Shown piece after piece: positions 1 to 10,478 of a stretch of 64,000 bases of DNA. Numbering within the stretch: the first letter of the stretch is position 1; each line of letters starts with the position of its first letter. The notes under the pieces are model-generated. The model made no database searches. It had not been told where the DNA came from and worked only from the letters and a program-made list of their open reading frames with translations. The position numbers and the translations under genes were made by a program. The DNA comes from an uncultured Candidatus Saccharibacteria bacterium. Lineage in GTDB: Bacteria; Patescibacteriota; Minisyncoccia; Ryanbacterales; 2-02-FULL-48-12. The stretch spans positions 11,493 to 75,492 of the forward strand of contig CAYZNS010000001.1 in assembly GCA_964479945.1 (NCBI GenBank), read 5' to 3'.

Positions 1-1
1 C

Positions 2-487
2 GCCATAAACCCCGGAAATTCCGGTGGTCCGCTCATTAACTTGGCGGGAGACGTCATCGGCATCAATGTCGCAATCGTCTTCGGCGCGCAAAATATCGGC
101 TTTGCCATCCCCATCGCCAAAGCAAAACGGGACTTGGATGACATTCAACGGCACGGCAGAATCCGCCGGCCGTTTCTGGGCGTGCGGTACGTGCTCCTAA
201 ACAAACAGATTTCCGACCGCTTCGGCCTGCCCGTTGCCCATGGCGCCTATATCTTAAAAGAAGCGTTTCCGGGAGACCATGCCGTCATTCCCGGAAGTGC
301 CGCCGAAAAAGCAGGCCTTAAAGAAGGAGATATTATTATTACTTGTAATAGAAAGCGTATCTCGGACAAAGAAACACTGGAAGATATGCTGGAAGGAATG
401 GAAATAGGAGATGAAGTAAAGTTCGGTGTGCTGCAAGACGGTATCAAGCGCAAAATAACCACCCTGCGGCTGGAAGAGCGGACGTGA
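2..487 (+). CDS. htrA: HtrA/DegP-family serine protease, C-terminal part with PDZ domain (5' partial)
   Basis: Reading frame runs in from the window edge (AINPGNSGGPLINLAGDVIGIN...). GNSGGPL catalytic-Ser motif near position 17-37, PDZ-like C-terminus, stop TGA at 485-487. Confidence 0.8.
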   Translation, partial: AINPGNSGGPLINLAGDVIGINVAIVFGAQNIGFAIPIAKAKRDLDDIQRHGRIRRPFLGVRYVLLNKQISDRFGLPVAHGAYILKEAFPGDHAVIPGSAAEKAGLKEGDIIITCNRKRISDKETLEDMLEGMEIGDEVKFGVLQDGIKRKITTLRLEERT

Positions 488-2562
488 CTCCATTCCGCCT
501 TCTTATTGCGGGTTTACACCCCCGGCTCTTAGAAAAGCCGGCTGTTTGGTTTGAAAAACACGCGCGGGAAATTATAAACGCGCGGCATCTTAATGCATTC
601 TGGCGCAACCATACCAACATAATAGAAGAAGGAATTTCTGTAAAAATATCCGAGCTTGCGCGAATATTCACGGATTTAGGATACGTAAAACTGGCAGGCG
701 AAGAACAACCTGTACGCGGCACATTTCTTCTCCGCGGCGGAGAGTTTATCATATTTCCCATCAACACGAAACAAGCATACCGCATAGAATTTTTGGGAAA
801 CTGCATTGAACACGTTGAACCATTTTCCAAACAAAGCGCAGAAACTGACGAAAACACGGCAAAATTCCTCACGGCAAATGCTCTTGCTTCCCTGTGCCAC
901 GGCGACTTTGTGGTACATATAGATCATGGGATTGGGATTTATCGCGGGGTTGTGAGTTTGCCGGTGATGAACCAAGCTTTACACGATAAACCAAAAACCG
1001 AGCTACCCATCCGCGGTTGCACCGGGATGAAGCTCGATTTGAAACAACACTATCTTGCCATTGAATACGCGAAACCGCGCAAAAACGCGCCTCCCGACAT
1101 GCTGTATGTGCCGGAATATCAGATAAAGCGCGTCTCCCCGTATTTGGGATTTCGCACTCCCGCTGTACATCGCTTGGGAACAATGCTTTGGAACACGACA
1201 AAGCGTAAAGCAAAAGAGGACATTATTGCATTCGCAAAAGAACTGCTCTCTGCATACGCCGCGCGGGAAATTGCCGCGCGTCCGGCGTATGAATCACTGC
1301 CGCTCTTGGAAACGGAACTTGCGAACTCTTTTCCATTTGAAGAGACAGCCGGGCAAAGAAACGCGCTGGAAGAAATATTTTCTGATATGGCGCAATCCAA
1401 GCCCATGGACCGGCTACTTTGTGCGGATGTTGGGTTTGGTAAAACAGAGGTAGCGCTCCGTGCCGCATTTCGCGCCGTATGCAATAAACGGCAGGTGGCG
1501 CTGATTTGCCCCACTACCGTGCTTGCGGCCCAACATTACGCAACATTTGAAGAACGCTTGCGCACGTTGCCCGTAACTACGGCGCGTCTCTCGCGGCTTG
1601 AATCAAAAACACAACAGCGAGAGATATTGCAGCGCGCGGCGGCAGGCGCCATTGATATCATAATCGGCACACACCGCCTGATCTCGCGTGATGTAACATT
1701 CCAAAACTTAGGATTACTTATTATTGATGAAGAACAACGCTTCGGCGTGCGCCAAAAAGAGCATATGCGTACCCTGCGCTCTGCAACAGACACACTCTCA
1801 CTGTCTGCCACACCCATCCCGCGCACCATGCATCTAGCGCTCGCCAACCTCCGCCGATCAAGCATCATCACAACGCCGCCGCCTCTGCGCTTAGCGCCCA
1901 AAACATTCGTATTGCCGTTTAGTAAAAAAACAATACAGCAGGCAATAGAAGCCGAGATTGCGCGCGGCGGACAAGTATATGTGCTCTCCAACCACATCCG
2001 CAAACTGCCGCTTGCCGAAGAGTTCATCCGCAACGCCGTACCCCACGCGCGCATCAGCATCATCCACGGCCGCATGAAAGAAGCGGATATTGTCAAAGTC
2101 ATGCAAAACTTCCGCGCGCGTAAATCCGACGTTCTTTTGGCAACTACTATAATAGAAAACGGGCTTGACATCGCAAACGCAAACACAATCATTGTGGAAG
2201 ACGCTACGCGCATCGGTCTCTCGCAAGCACATCAGCTACGAGGTAGAATCGGCAGAGGCATCGTTCAATCGTATGCGTATTTTCTTTACCCAAGACAGTG
2301 CACCCGCGGAGGAAGTGGACACCTCAAAGAAAAAGCGGCACGACGCCTTACTGTACTACTGCACACCCAACAACTCGGCCAAGGCCATGAGATAGCGCTG
2401 CGCGATATGGAAATTCGCGGCGCGGGCAATATCATCGGCCGCGACCAATCCGGCCGGGTAAATCAAATAGGGCTTAATTTGTATTGTCAGATGCTGGCGG
2501 AAGCAGTAGAACAAATTCAAAATGTAAAAATCAAAATGCAAAATGACAATGTAAAATGTTAA
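484..2562 (+). CDS. mfd: Transcription-repair coupling factor Mfd, minimal architecture (TRCF/CarD-like RID domain plus SF2 translocase)
   Basis: GDFVVHIDHGIGIYRGV (CarD_TRCF motif), Walker A DVGFGKTEVA, DEEQRFGV, helicase motif VI QLRGRIGR. GTG start overlaps the htrA stop (GTGA). Only 692 aa. Confidence 0.8.
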   Translation: MTPFRLLIAGLHPRLLEKPAVWFEKHAREIINARHLNAFWRNHTNIIEEGISVKISELARIFTDLGYVKLAGEEQPVRGTFLLRGGEFIIFPINTKQAYRIEFLGNCIEHVEPFSKQSAETDENTAKFLTANALASLCHGDFVVHIDHGIGIYRGVVSLPVMNQALHDKPKTELPIRGCTGMKLDLKQHYLAIEYAKPRKNAPPDMLYVPEYQIKRVSPYLGFRTPAVHRLGTMLWNTTKRKAKEDIIAFAKELLSAYAAREIAARPAYESLPLLETELANSFPFEETAGQRNALEEIFSDMAQSKPMDRLLCADVGFGKTEVALRAAFRAVCNKRQVALICPTTVLAAQHYATFEERLRTLPVTTARLSRLESKTQQREILQRAAAGAIDIIIGTHRLISRDVTFQNLGLLIIDEEQRFGVRQKEHMRTLRSATDTLSLSATPIPRTMHLALANLRRSSIITTPPPLRLAPKTFVLPFSKKTIQQAIEAEIARGGQVYVLSNHIRKLPLAEEFIRNAVPHARISIIHGRMKEADIVKVMQNFRARKSDVLLATTIIENGLDIANANTIIVEDATRIGLSQAHQLRGRIGRGIVQSYAYFLYPRQCTRGGSGHLKEKAARRLTVLLHTQQLGQGHEIALRDMEIRGAGNIIGRDQSGRVNQIGLNLYCQMLAEAVEQIQNVKIKMQNDNVKC

Positions 2563-2625
2563 AATAATCCCGCTGTAAGCGGGATACCAAAATTTTACAT
2601 TTTGATATTTGCATTTTTCATTTTT
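2522..2625. terminator. low-complexity palindromic element (A-rich arm / GC hairpin ATCCCGC-TGTAA-GCGGGAT / T-rich arm) between convergent mfd and rpsA
   Basis: Arms CAAAATGTAAAAATCAAAATGCAAAATG... and ...CATTTTGATATTTGCATTTTTCATTTTTG are imperfect inverses. Confidence 0.6.
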
Positions 2626-3841
2626 GCTCATCCGGTACATTTGAACCCTTTTCACCACTATCACTTACACCACCTTCTTTTACATAGCTGAGCGACAATT
2701 TCCGTTCATCCGAATTTAAATTCAAAATCTGAAAATGATATATCTTGCCAACCTCCAGCGCTTCACGAAGCTCTTTTTCCGAACCAAACTCCGATACATG
2801 CGCGAGGCCCGAAAGCAGGAACTCTTCTATCTCCACAAACGCGCCGAACCGGTCCACCTTGCGCACCCGGCCTTTCACAATATCGCCTTTTTTAAATTTC
2901 TCCGCAAAATCCTTCCAGGGATCGGGCTTCAATGCCTTTACCGAAAGAGAAATTTTACCTCCTTCCACATTGATAATCTTTGCCGCAACGCGCTTGCCCA
3001 CTTCAAACAAATCGCTTGGATTTTCCACCAATCCCCAATCAAGCTCGGAAATGTGGGCCAGACCTTCCAGACCTTCTTCAATCCGTATAAAAATACCAAA
3101 ATCAACAACGCCCGTAACTTCCCCTTCAACAATGTCACCTACCTTATACTTTGCCAATACTTCTTTCATCTCATCGGATTCCACGTTCTTTTCGGAAAAA
3201 ATAATCTTGCTTTCTTTAGGATCCACATCAAGGATGATAACGTCTAACGTTTCACCTACGAATTTCTGGAGTTCCGAGAGTATTTTTCCTTTGTCTCCTC
3301 CTTCCACCCGCGGATAGTGCTTTGCGGCAAGCTGCGATACCGGCAAAAAGCCCTGCACGCCTTGCCAATAAATGACCAGCCCGCCTTTGTTTGCAGAAAA
3401 TACGCGAAGCGGGAACGGCTCTCGGCTACGCATGCATTCTTCCGCCTCCTGCCACATCTTATCCTGACCCGCCTCGCGAAGCGAGAGCTCCAAATAGCCC
3501 TCTTCATTCTCAAGTTCTACCACCTTCGCCGTAACCGCGGCTCCCTCTTTGAGTTGTTTTATAATATCGCGCGCATTATAAAACTCACGGCCATAGACCA
3601 CGCCGGTGCCATAAGGATCAAGATCCACGTACATGGTAGGTCCTCTGCGCGAAAGCACTGTTCCATGCACAAGATCGCCGACTTTCGGCATAGTAATAGG
3701 CTTTGCTGCCTTAAAAAGCGTCTCCATAAGCCGGCGGTTTTGCGCGCCGGTATCGGACAGTACGCCACGCGGGTCGTCTAACACAGCCACTCCGCCAGCC
3801 GGCAGACCCAACTCCTCCTCGTTATGAGCATTTTGTTCCAT
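2618..3841 (-). CDS. rpsA: 30S ribosomal protein S1 (about four S1 domains)
   Basis: Repeated S1 RNA-binding domain signatures (GDLVHGTV..., GDIVEGEVTGVVDFGIFI, GDIVKGRVRKVDRFGAFVEI). Start uncertain; an internal METLF... is an alternative. Confidence 0.8.
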   Translation of the reverse strand: MEQNAHNEEELGLPAGGVAVLDDPRGVLSDTGAQNRRLMETLFKAAKPITMPKVGDLVHGTVLSRRGPTMYVDLDPYGTGVVYGREFYNARDIIKQLKEGAAVTAKVVELENEEGYLELSLREAGQDKMWQEAEECMRSREPFPLRVFSANKGGLVIYWQGVQGFLPVSQLAAKHYPRVEGGDKGKILSELQKFVGETLDVIILDVDPKESKIIFSEKNVESDEMKEVLAKYKVGDIVEGEVTGVVDFGIFIRIEEGLEGLAHISELDWGLVENPSDLFEVGKRVAAKIINVEGGKISLSVKALKPDPWKDFAEKFKKGDIVKGRVRKVDRFGAFVEIEEFLLSGLAHVSEFGSEKELREALEVGKIYHFQILNLNSDERKLSLSYVKEGGVSDSGEKGSNVPDEQK

Positions 3842-3891
3842 GTACCCCAGTATACGGAAATGCGCCAGAAAGGCAAGAATACTGTAAACAA

Positions 3892-3916
3892 CTGTCAGAC
3901 ACTTAGTGTTTGACAG
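3892..3916. promoter_or_regulatory. 10-3-10 palindromic operator-like motif (CTGTCAGACAC TTA GTGTTTGACAG) overlapping a TTGACA -35-like hexamer
   Basis: Read from the sequence. Lies in the divergent rpsA / MBL-hydrolase intergenic region. A second copy is at 10951-10974. Confidence 0.5.
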
Positions 3917-4000
3917 CTCTGTGATTCAAAGCATAAATCACCAAAGAACGCGTATCATGTCAATATATCCTATACATTTCCCATGTAGTATACTATTAAA

Positions 4001-4621
4001 ATGGTTATCACCTATTATGGTATTTCATGTTTTAAGATTCAGTCGGGGGACACCGTGCTTGCCGTGGACCCGTTTTCCAAAGAATCCGGCTTGACGCCGC
4101 CGCGGTTTCAAGCCGATGTGGTCCTCTCCACGCGGCGTCATCCGCTGCATAATAATGTGGAAGTTCTGACGGGCACCCCTTTCATTGTACGCAACCCGGG
4201 CGAATATGAGACAAAAGGCGTTATGATAGAGGGCGCCGCGGTGGGAGAACACGTGCTGTATATTCTGGAATGGGAGGGTCTGCGGCTGTGCCACATGGGT
4301 TCCCTCTCGGAGAAAAACATACCGGACGACATGCGCGAAAAAATAGATTCGCCCGACATATTATTCCTGCCCGTTGGCGCCGGCGGGGCACTGGATGCCG
4401 AAGAAGCAGTACATGTAATGAATTTAATTGAGCCGCGCATAGTGATACCTATGTATTACGCCATCCCGGGCCTCAAAGCGCTTCCGCTGGAAAAGGCGGA
4501 AAAATTCCTCAAAGAAGTCGGTGTCGCCCCCCGTCCGGAAGAGAAATGCACCATAAAGAAAAAAGATGTGCCGACGGAGGAAACAAAAGTTGTGATGTTG
4601 AGCCCGCTTTCGAGCAAGTAA
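4001..4621 (+). CDS. MBL-fold metallo-hydrolase (UPF0173-like)
   Basis: N-terminus MVITYYGISCFKIQSGDTVLAVDPF typical of the UPF0173/metal-dependent hydrolase family. TATACT -10-like box just upstream. Confidence 0.6.
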   Translation: MVITYYGISCFKIQSGDTVLAVDPFSKESGLTPPRFQADVVLSTRRHPLHNNVEVLTGTPFIVRNPGEYETKGVMIEGAAVGEHVLYILEWEGLRLCHMGSLSEKNIPDDMREKIDSPDILFLPVGAGGALDAEEAVHVMNLIEPRIVIPMYYAIPGLKALPLEKAEKFLKEVGVAPRPEEKCTIKKKDVPTEETKVVMLSPLSSK

Positions 4622-4630
4622 TGTTTTTGT

Positions 4631-4891
4631 ATGGATATCATTCACGCCATTCACAATCTGCAGCGAAAACCCGACCACGTGCGGCGACGTATTTTGATCA
4701 TCAGCGTTGCAGGTACTATGGCGGTTATTATAGGATTCTGGCTTATGGCAACCAGCCGGCGCATTGAATATGCGTCTTCTGCGCCTACTACAAAGACCAC
4801 AACGAAAACCGAGTCTCCATTTGCAATGCTGAAAGCAACAGCAGGAGAGTTTGGTAAGATTATGGGTGAATATAAGGAGGTTTTTAAATAA
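4631..4891 (+). CDS. small single-TM hypothetical protein
   Basis: 86-aa ORF with one hydrophobic helix (ILIISVAGTMAVIIGFWLMA), sitting in the gap between two same-strand genes. Confidence 0.35.
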   Translation: MDIIHAIHNLQRKPDHVRRRILIISVAGTMAVIIGFWLMATSRRIEYASSAPTTKTTTKTESPFAMLKATAGEFGKIMGEYKEVFK

Positions 4892-4998
4892 AGACAAATA
4901 ACCACTGAACAATATAGAACGTAAAACGTGTAACGTAGAACGTTAAAAAAACAATTTTCTTGCGCTCTACGTTCCACGATATACGCTTTGCGAAAAAT

Positions 4999-7461
4999 AT
5001 GTCCAAAGAATCACAACCCAGACAGACCCCGTCTGGCGTCTCCGAGCGCGAAATCACGCAGGAGATGCGCGAATCCTACCTGGATTATGCCATGTCCGTT
5101 ATTGTATCGCGGGCTCTTCCCGATGTGCGGGACGGCATGAAACCCGTGCATCGGCGTATTTTATACGCCATGCATGAGCTGGGGCTTACCCGCGCGGCCA
5201 AGTACAAAAAATCCGCCAACGTGGTAGGAGCCGTGCTGGGGAGTTATCATCCACATGGAGACAGCGCCGTGTATGACGCGCTTGCGCGCATGGCGCAGGA
5301 TTTTTCGCTTCGCTATCCTTTAATTGACGGCCAGGGCAACTGGGGCTCTGTTGACGGCGACAGCCCGGCAGCGATGAGATATACGGAATGCCGTATGGAA
5401 CGAATGGCCGAACTTATGCTCGCGGACATTGAAAAAGACACGGTTAATTTTCTGCCAAACTATGACGGCTCCAAACAGGAGCCGGCGGTACTGCCCGCGC
5501 GCGTGCCGCAACTTCTTCTTAATGGCTCGCTGGGCATTGCGGTCGGCATGGCAACAAACATTCCGTCGCATAACTTCATGGAACTCGCGGAGGCCATTGA
5601 TCATCTTATCAAGAATCCGAAAGCGACAACGGATGATCTTATGCAGTTTGTCAAAGGCCCTGACTTCCCAACCGGCGGTATCATTTTTAATAAAAAAGAT
5701 ATACATCAAGCATACGCCACCGGCAAGGGCGGGGTTTTGACGCGCGGAGAGGCGGAGATAGTGGAAAGCAAACAGGGCAATTTCCAGATAATTATCACGT
5801 CTATTCCCTACCAGGTAAACAAATCCGCGCTCCTGGAACGCATTGCAGATCTTGTACGCGAAAAGAAACTGGAAGGCATCAAAGATCTCCGCGACGAGTC
5901 GGACAAAGACGGCATGCGCATCGCGGTTGACTTGAAATCCGGCGCGTTCCCGCAAAAGATACTCAACAATATCTATAAGCACACGGATCTGGAACGGGTA
6001 TTCCACGTAAATATGCTGGCACTCGTAGACGGCATCCAGCCGCAGGTATTGAGCTTAAAGAACGTGCTAGAGGAATTTATTAAGCACCGGCAGGTCGTTA
6101 TTGAACGAAGAGTGCGGCATGACCTTAAAAAAGCCGAGGAGCGGGCGCATATCCTGGAAGGCCTCAAAAAAGCGCTGGACCACATTGATGCCATCATCAA
6201 AACCATAAAATCGTCCGCCGACAAAGAAACCGCGCATAAAAACCTGGTGGCGAAATTCAAGCTTACGCCAATCCAGGCAACCGCCATTTTGGAAATGCGG
6301 CTGCAGACGCTTGCCGGCCTGGAAAGGAAAAAAATTGAAGACGAACTCAAGGAAAAGCAAAAGCTGATTGCAGAATTAAAAAGCATCCTTGCAAACCCGA
6401 AAAAAATTCTCGGCATTATTACGGAAGAAACCGACGAGATACGGAAACTCTATCCCGAAGGGCGCCGAACGCGCGTAGTGGCAAGCGCCGCAAAATCCAT
6501 ATCCGTGGAGGACTTGGTGCCGGAAGAAGAGGCGGCAGTAATTCTAACGAAAGGCGGCTACATCAAGCGCGTCAATCCGGAAGAATACCGCATGCAGCGG
6601 CGGGGCGGCAAAGGCATTATCGGCATTATGACGAAAGAAGAAGACGTAGTGGATCAGTTTGTCACCGTGCATACACACGACAATCTTCTGTTCTTCACCT
6701 CGCTTGGCAAAGCGTATCAAACCCGCGCGTATGAGCTTCCCGAAGGCAAGCGCGTCTCCAAAGGGAAAGCAGTCGCGAATTTTCTTCCTCTTGCGTCCGA
6801 CGAGCGCGTAACATCCATACTGCCTGTACCGAAAAGCCCACCATCCGGCGAACGCAGCGACCTGTACCTGGTTATGGCGACCGAGCGCGGCGTTATCAAA
6901 AAAACGGAGGCCGCTCAATTTGCCGACGTGCGCAGAAGCGGCATTATTGCCATTAAACTCCAAAAAGGCGACCGATTGGGATGGGTGCGCATGGCGGGCG
7001 CCGATGAAGATATAACGCTGGCGACGCGCCAGGGTTTGAGCATCCGGTTCCGCGAGCGCGATGTGCGTCCGATGGGTCGCGCATCCACTGGCGTGCGCGC
7101 CATGCGTCTCAAAGCCAATGACGCCGTGGTTGGCGCGGATGTCGTGCAGAAAGGGACGCCCGGCGAGCTTTTGGTTATAGCCGAACAAGGCTACGGTAAA
7201 AAAACGAACATAAAAGAATATAAAGTGCAGCAGCGAGGCGGGTCCGGCATTAAAACCATGAACGTAACCACAAAAACAGGCACAATAGTATCCGCGCGCA
7301 TTATTCTCCCCGATGAAGAAGATCTTATCGCCGTCTCCGCCAAAGGACAGATTATTCGCACGCCGCTCAAAGACATTCCATCTCTGGGACGCGCAACACA
7401 GGGAGTGCGCATTATGCGGTTGGAGCAGAAGGATAAAGTCGCTTCTGTGACAACATTATAA
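4999..7461 (+). CDS. gyrA: DNA gyrase subunit A
   Basis: [29 protein letters not shown] and the full GyrA domain order, with a C-terminal beta-pinwheel. ATG at 4999 inside a TTG-initiated track ORF starting at 4960. Confidence 0.95.
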   Translation: MSKESQPRQTPSGVSEREITQEMRESYLDYAMSVIVSRALPDVRDGMKPVHRRILYAMHELGLTRAAKYKKSANVVGAVLGSYHPHGDSAVYDALARMAQDFSLRYPLIDGQGNWGSVDGDSPAAMRYTECRMERMAELMLADIEKDTVNFLPNYDGSKQEPAVLPARVPQLLLNGSLGIAVGMATNIPSHNFMELAEAIDHLIKNPKATTDDLMQFVKGPDFPTGGIIFNKKDIHQAYATGKGGVLTRGEAEIVESKQGNFQIIITSIPYQVNKSALLERIADLVREKKLEGIKDLRDESDKDGMRIAVDLKSGAFPQKILNNIYKHTDLERVFHVNMLALVDGIQPQVLSLKNVLEEFIKHRQVVIERRVRHDLKKAEERAHILEGLKKALDHIDAIIKTIKSSADKETAHKNLVAKFKLTPIQATAILEMRLQTLAGLERKKIEDELKEKQKLIAELKSILANPKKILGIITEETDEIRKLYPEGRRTRVVASAAKSISVEDLVPEEEAAVILTKGGYIKRVNPEEYRMQRRGGKGIIGIMTKEEDVVDQFVTVHTHDNLLFFTSLGKAYQTRAYELPEGKRVSKGKAVANFLPLASDERVTSILPVPKSPPSGERSDLYLVMATERGVIKKTEAAQFADVRRSGIIAIKLQKGDRLGWVRMAGADEDITLATRQGLSIRFRERDVRPMGRASTGVRAMRLKANDAVVGADVVQKGTPGELLVIAEQGYGKKTNIKEYKVQQRGGSGIKTMNVTTKTGTIVSARIILPDEEDLIAVSAKGQIIRTPLKDIPSLGRATQGVRIMRLEQKDKVASVTTL

Positions 7462-7600
7462 AAATTAAAAGTTCAAAGTTTAAAGTTCAAAGTGTTGGTA
7501 TTCCGGCTGCGCCGGAATGAATGTGTATAATCCTTGAGCGAAGCGAACACCAAAATTTTGAACTTTGCACTTTTAACTTTGCATTTATTCATAGTACGCC
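7462..7600. terminator. same class of element downstream of gyrA (AAAGTTCAAAGTTTAAAGTTCAAAG ... GC hairpin ... TTTTGAACTTTGCACTTTTAACTTTGCA)
   Basis: Inverted A-rich/T-rich arms around a TTCCGGC-TGCG-CCGGAA hairpin. Confidence 0.55.
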
Positions 7601-8820
7601 TCTTTCGTATAAATATTCTTTGGATCCCAAGCCATCCACGAATCCAGCCCCGCATCATACACCGCCTGTTTTTGTTTTTGGATCATATCCGCCGTATAAT
7701 CCGCTCCCAGATCAAAATCCTGAATCCAGGGACGCAGTTGCGCGATTTCTTTGCCATACAACGGCGACGTTGAGCTTGCGGTTAAAGAGCGCAGCACGTC
7801 CAGCCGCCGCTCGCCTTCAGACATGGCATAATATATTACTTCATACGGATGCGCGGCGGGATTGGCAATGCCATGCCAGGTCGGCGGATAATGCGAAGGA
7901 TACACCATGGGAGCAATATAGTCGGCGTGGGGTGCGGCTTTCTCCAGAACCTGCCCGATATTCAAATCGTCCGTGTTCGTCATGGTCATACCAAAAAGAT
8001 CCAGCGAGATAGGTACGGGAAGACCGGAAAGTTCTTCATGAAGGTACGCAAAAAAATCTTCCATAACATCCGCGCGCGACTTGATGCCGTCCCACACGGG
8101 AAACTGAATGTTGGCCATATTGCCGTCGGAAGGAAAACGAATATAGTCAAAATTCAATTCGTCAAATCCCGCCGCTTCCGCCGCGCGCGCCACCTGCGCC
8201 GTATATTCCCATACCTCGCGGGAAGCAGGGTCAACCCATGAGAGTCCCTTGCGGTCTTTCCAGACGCTGCCGTCGTTTTTTTGCACGGCAAGATGAGGCC
8301 AATGCTGTGCCAGATGCGGATCCTGAAACACGCTAATGCGCGCAACGGCATAGATATTGCGCGCGTGAAGCTCTTCCACAAACGCGCGCATATCAGGCAC
8401 GCGGTTTTCTTCTGATCCGACCGCTTCTATAAAGGAATTGCCCGTCTGAAACGCAACCTTGCCCGAATAATCCTTGACGTCAATCACAAAAGCATTTATC
8501 TCGGATGCATCGGCAAACGCCACAAGCTCTGCGCGGAACGACGGCGTGCCGGCAACCCAGCTTGTCATATAAATTGCGCGCAAAGGCGACGGAGTGGAGA
8601 GATGCGCGGGAGGAGGCGGAGCCGCAACTTGTGACTTCGCCGCCGGCAGGAAATTAGATTCTTCCGCAGCGGGAAGCGTCTGTTCCTCAGTGCCAGGCGG
8701 ATATGATTCCAGAGGCGATATATGCCCGAATCCCCACAACACCCCAAATGCAAAACCGGCCGCCAAGACGCTCATACCGACCCCTATAATTCCTGTTCTC
8801 ACCTTGCTTTTTATTTGCAC
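7585..8820 (-). CDS. membrane-anchored putative glycoside-hydrolase-like TIM-barrel protein (DUF4015 / GH-like family)
   Basis: N-terminal TM/signal, Pro-rich linker, then FVIDVKDYSGKVAF...ARISVFQD...FDELNFDYIRFP, which is typical of DUF4015 putative glycosyl hydrolases. Confidence 0.55.
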   Translation of the reverse strand: MQIKSKVRTGIIGVGMSVLAAGFAFGVLWGFGHISPLESYPPGTEEQTLPAAEESNFLPAAKSQVAAPPPPAHLSTPSPLRAIYMTSWVAGTPSFRAELVAFADASEINAFVIDVKDYSGKVAFQTGNSFIEAVGSEENRVPDMRAFVEELHARNIYAVARISVFQDPHLAQHWPHLAVQKNDGSVWKDRKGLSWVDPASREVWEYTAQVARAAEAAGFDELNFDYIRFPSDGNMANIQFPVWDGIKSRADVMEDFFAYLHEELSGLPVPISLDLFGMTMTNTDDLNIGQVLEKAAPHADYIAPMVYPSHYPPTWHGIANPAAHPYEVIYYAMSEGERRLDVLRSLTASSTSPLYGKEIAQLRPWIQDFDLGADYTADMIQKQKQAVYDAGLDSWMAWDPKNIYTKEAYYE

Positions 8821-8827
8821 ATTTTTT

Positions 8828-8940
8828 TGATAAAACCTGCAAACTCAAAACTCAAAACTGAAATGCAAAACCATTAAACTTTTTTAGTTTTGAGTTTTAA
8901 GTTGTAGTTTTGACTTTCGCGTTTTAACTTTTAAGTTTAC
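8828..8940. terminator. same class (CAAACTCAAAACTCAAAACTGAAATGCAAAAC ... AGTTTTGAGTTTTAAGTTGTAGTTTTGAC)
   Basis: Lies between two minus-strand genes; inverted low-complexity arms. Confidence 0.55.
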
Positions 8941-10217
8941 TATACAATTTGCTCCGCCAAATCCGCCATACTGTCACTAAATATCGAAAGGTACGGCGCT
9001 ACATCCACCTTTTCCCGAATAAGCCGCTCTACAACGCGGCGGTCTTCAAATTTGTTCATAAGAACGGCGCCGACAAGCCGCCCATCTTCTATACTGAAAC
9101 GCTCATAAAATATATCGTTTTGGAATCGTGCAACATAGGACCGTCCCTGCGCTTCCTCGCCATTTGGAAATACATCGCCAATAAACGCGATATGCAGCCC
9201 GGCAACGTCAATTGCGTACAGAGGAATGGTGGAATGACGCTGCTCGCTGCCGCTTTTCAATTGCCGCATCGCCATATTTATGCCGGCTGTCCGCCCCTGC
9301 AAAAAAGCGTTATTCCAGTTACCAATAAGCATGTGCTTTTGAAAAACCGGATGGAACTGCTCGGCAATGTCACCCGCCACCCATATGTCGTTTACAGCCG
9401 TTTCCAAAAACTCATTCGACTTCAAACCGCGATCTACTTCTATGCCTATGCCGGTAAATGGCTCTATTTCCCGCTGCAACCCCATGCCTACGGCGACCGT
9501 ACCTGCCTCAAACTCATTGCCATGGCTCGTATATACGATACTACCATTGCCTTCCTTCTTAGGCCGTAAAAAAGTAATACTCTCGCCGCGCTGCAAAGAA
9601 ACGCTTTGAGTCCGTTCAAGAAATGTTTCCAAAAACGCGCTCCCTTTCTCATCCAGATATTTCTCCCAATACCGCTGTTCCGGCATTAGAATGCGCGCGG
9701 AAATACGCCGCGGCACTAAAGCACTCAAGAGTTCCAACGTAATGAACCCCGCCCCGACAATAAGCACTTCGCGCGGCGTAATTCCGCCTAACTGCTCTCG
9801 CAGCTTGTCCGCGTCATCGATAGTTTGCAAGCGAGACACTGGTACCGCATCGGAACCTTCCGCGCGCCACGGCCTTACCCGCCCGCCCGCGGATATCAAA
9901 AGCTGCTTATAAAAAAACAGCGTTCCGTTTCGCGTGCGCACTTCCTTGCGCTCACCGTCAACGACTGTTGCCTCTTCTCCGATAAATAAGCTGATATTGC
10001 GCTTGTAGTAATCATCCGGCTTGCGCAGAAATACCTGCTCGCGCGCAATGGCGCCTTCAATATATTTCGGCAGCAATACCCGGGAATACAATTCATACGG
10101 CTCTTTGCTGATAATGGCAATCCGACCGTCCAAATCGTGAGCGCGAATCGCTTCTGCGGCCGTAGTGCCCGCAATGCCCCCGCCGATGATCAGATAGTCT
10201 ACATGATGCTCCGTCAT
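8940..10217 (-). CDS. FAD-dependent pyridine nucleotide-disulfide oxidoreductase
   Basis: Dinucleotide-binding GxGxxG motifs YLIIGGGIAGTTAAEAI and VLIVGAGFITLELLSAL. Confidence 0.75.
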   Translation of the reverse strand: MTEHHVDYLIIGGGIAGTTAAEAIRAHDLDGRIAIISKEPYELYSRVLLPKYIEGAIAREQVFLRKPDDYYKRNISLFIGEEATVVDGERKEVRTRNGTLFFYKQLLISAGGRVRPWRAEGSDAVPVSRLQTIDDADKLREQLGGITPREVLIVGAGFITLELLSALVPRRISARILMPEQRYWEKYLDEKGSAFLETFLERTQSVSLQRGESITFLRPKKEGNGSIVYTSHGNEFEAGTVAVGMGLQREIEPFTGIGIEVDRGLKSNEFLETAVNDIWVAGDIAEQFHPVFQKHMLIGNWNNAFLQGRTAGINMAMRQLKSGSEQRHSTIPLYAIDVAGLHIAFIGDVFPNGEEAQGRSYVARFQNDIFYERFSIEDGRLVGAVLMNKFEDRRVVERLIREKVDVAPYLSIFSDSMADLAEQIV

Positions 10218-10411
10218 GGGCGTATTCTATCACAAAATTTGCTTGGTTTTAATACTATTGACCTTTCACTATTCACTTAACAGGCGCATGCCCCGTAAAA
10301 TGCCTATTTTAAAGCATTTTTGAGAAGACGACCATGTTAAGCTGTTTATGAAAGCTCAATAAAGATATTTTGTAATATGTTTTAAGAAACACGATCGTGA
10401 TTTATAGGAAT

Positions 10412-10463
10412 AATTCTATTCTATCAATTATTCGCATATGCGTATTTTTGATAGAATAGAATT
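10412..10463. promoter_or_regulatory. nested palindrome: perfect 16-nt arms AATTCTATTCTATCAA / TTGATAGAATAGAATT around an inner CGCATATGCG palindrome
   Basis: Read directly. Lies upstream of the FAD oxidoreductase start (10217) and downstream of the atpC-like gene. Confidence 0.55.
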
Positions 10464-10478
10464 TTCTTACAAAGTGTC

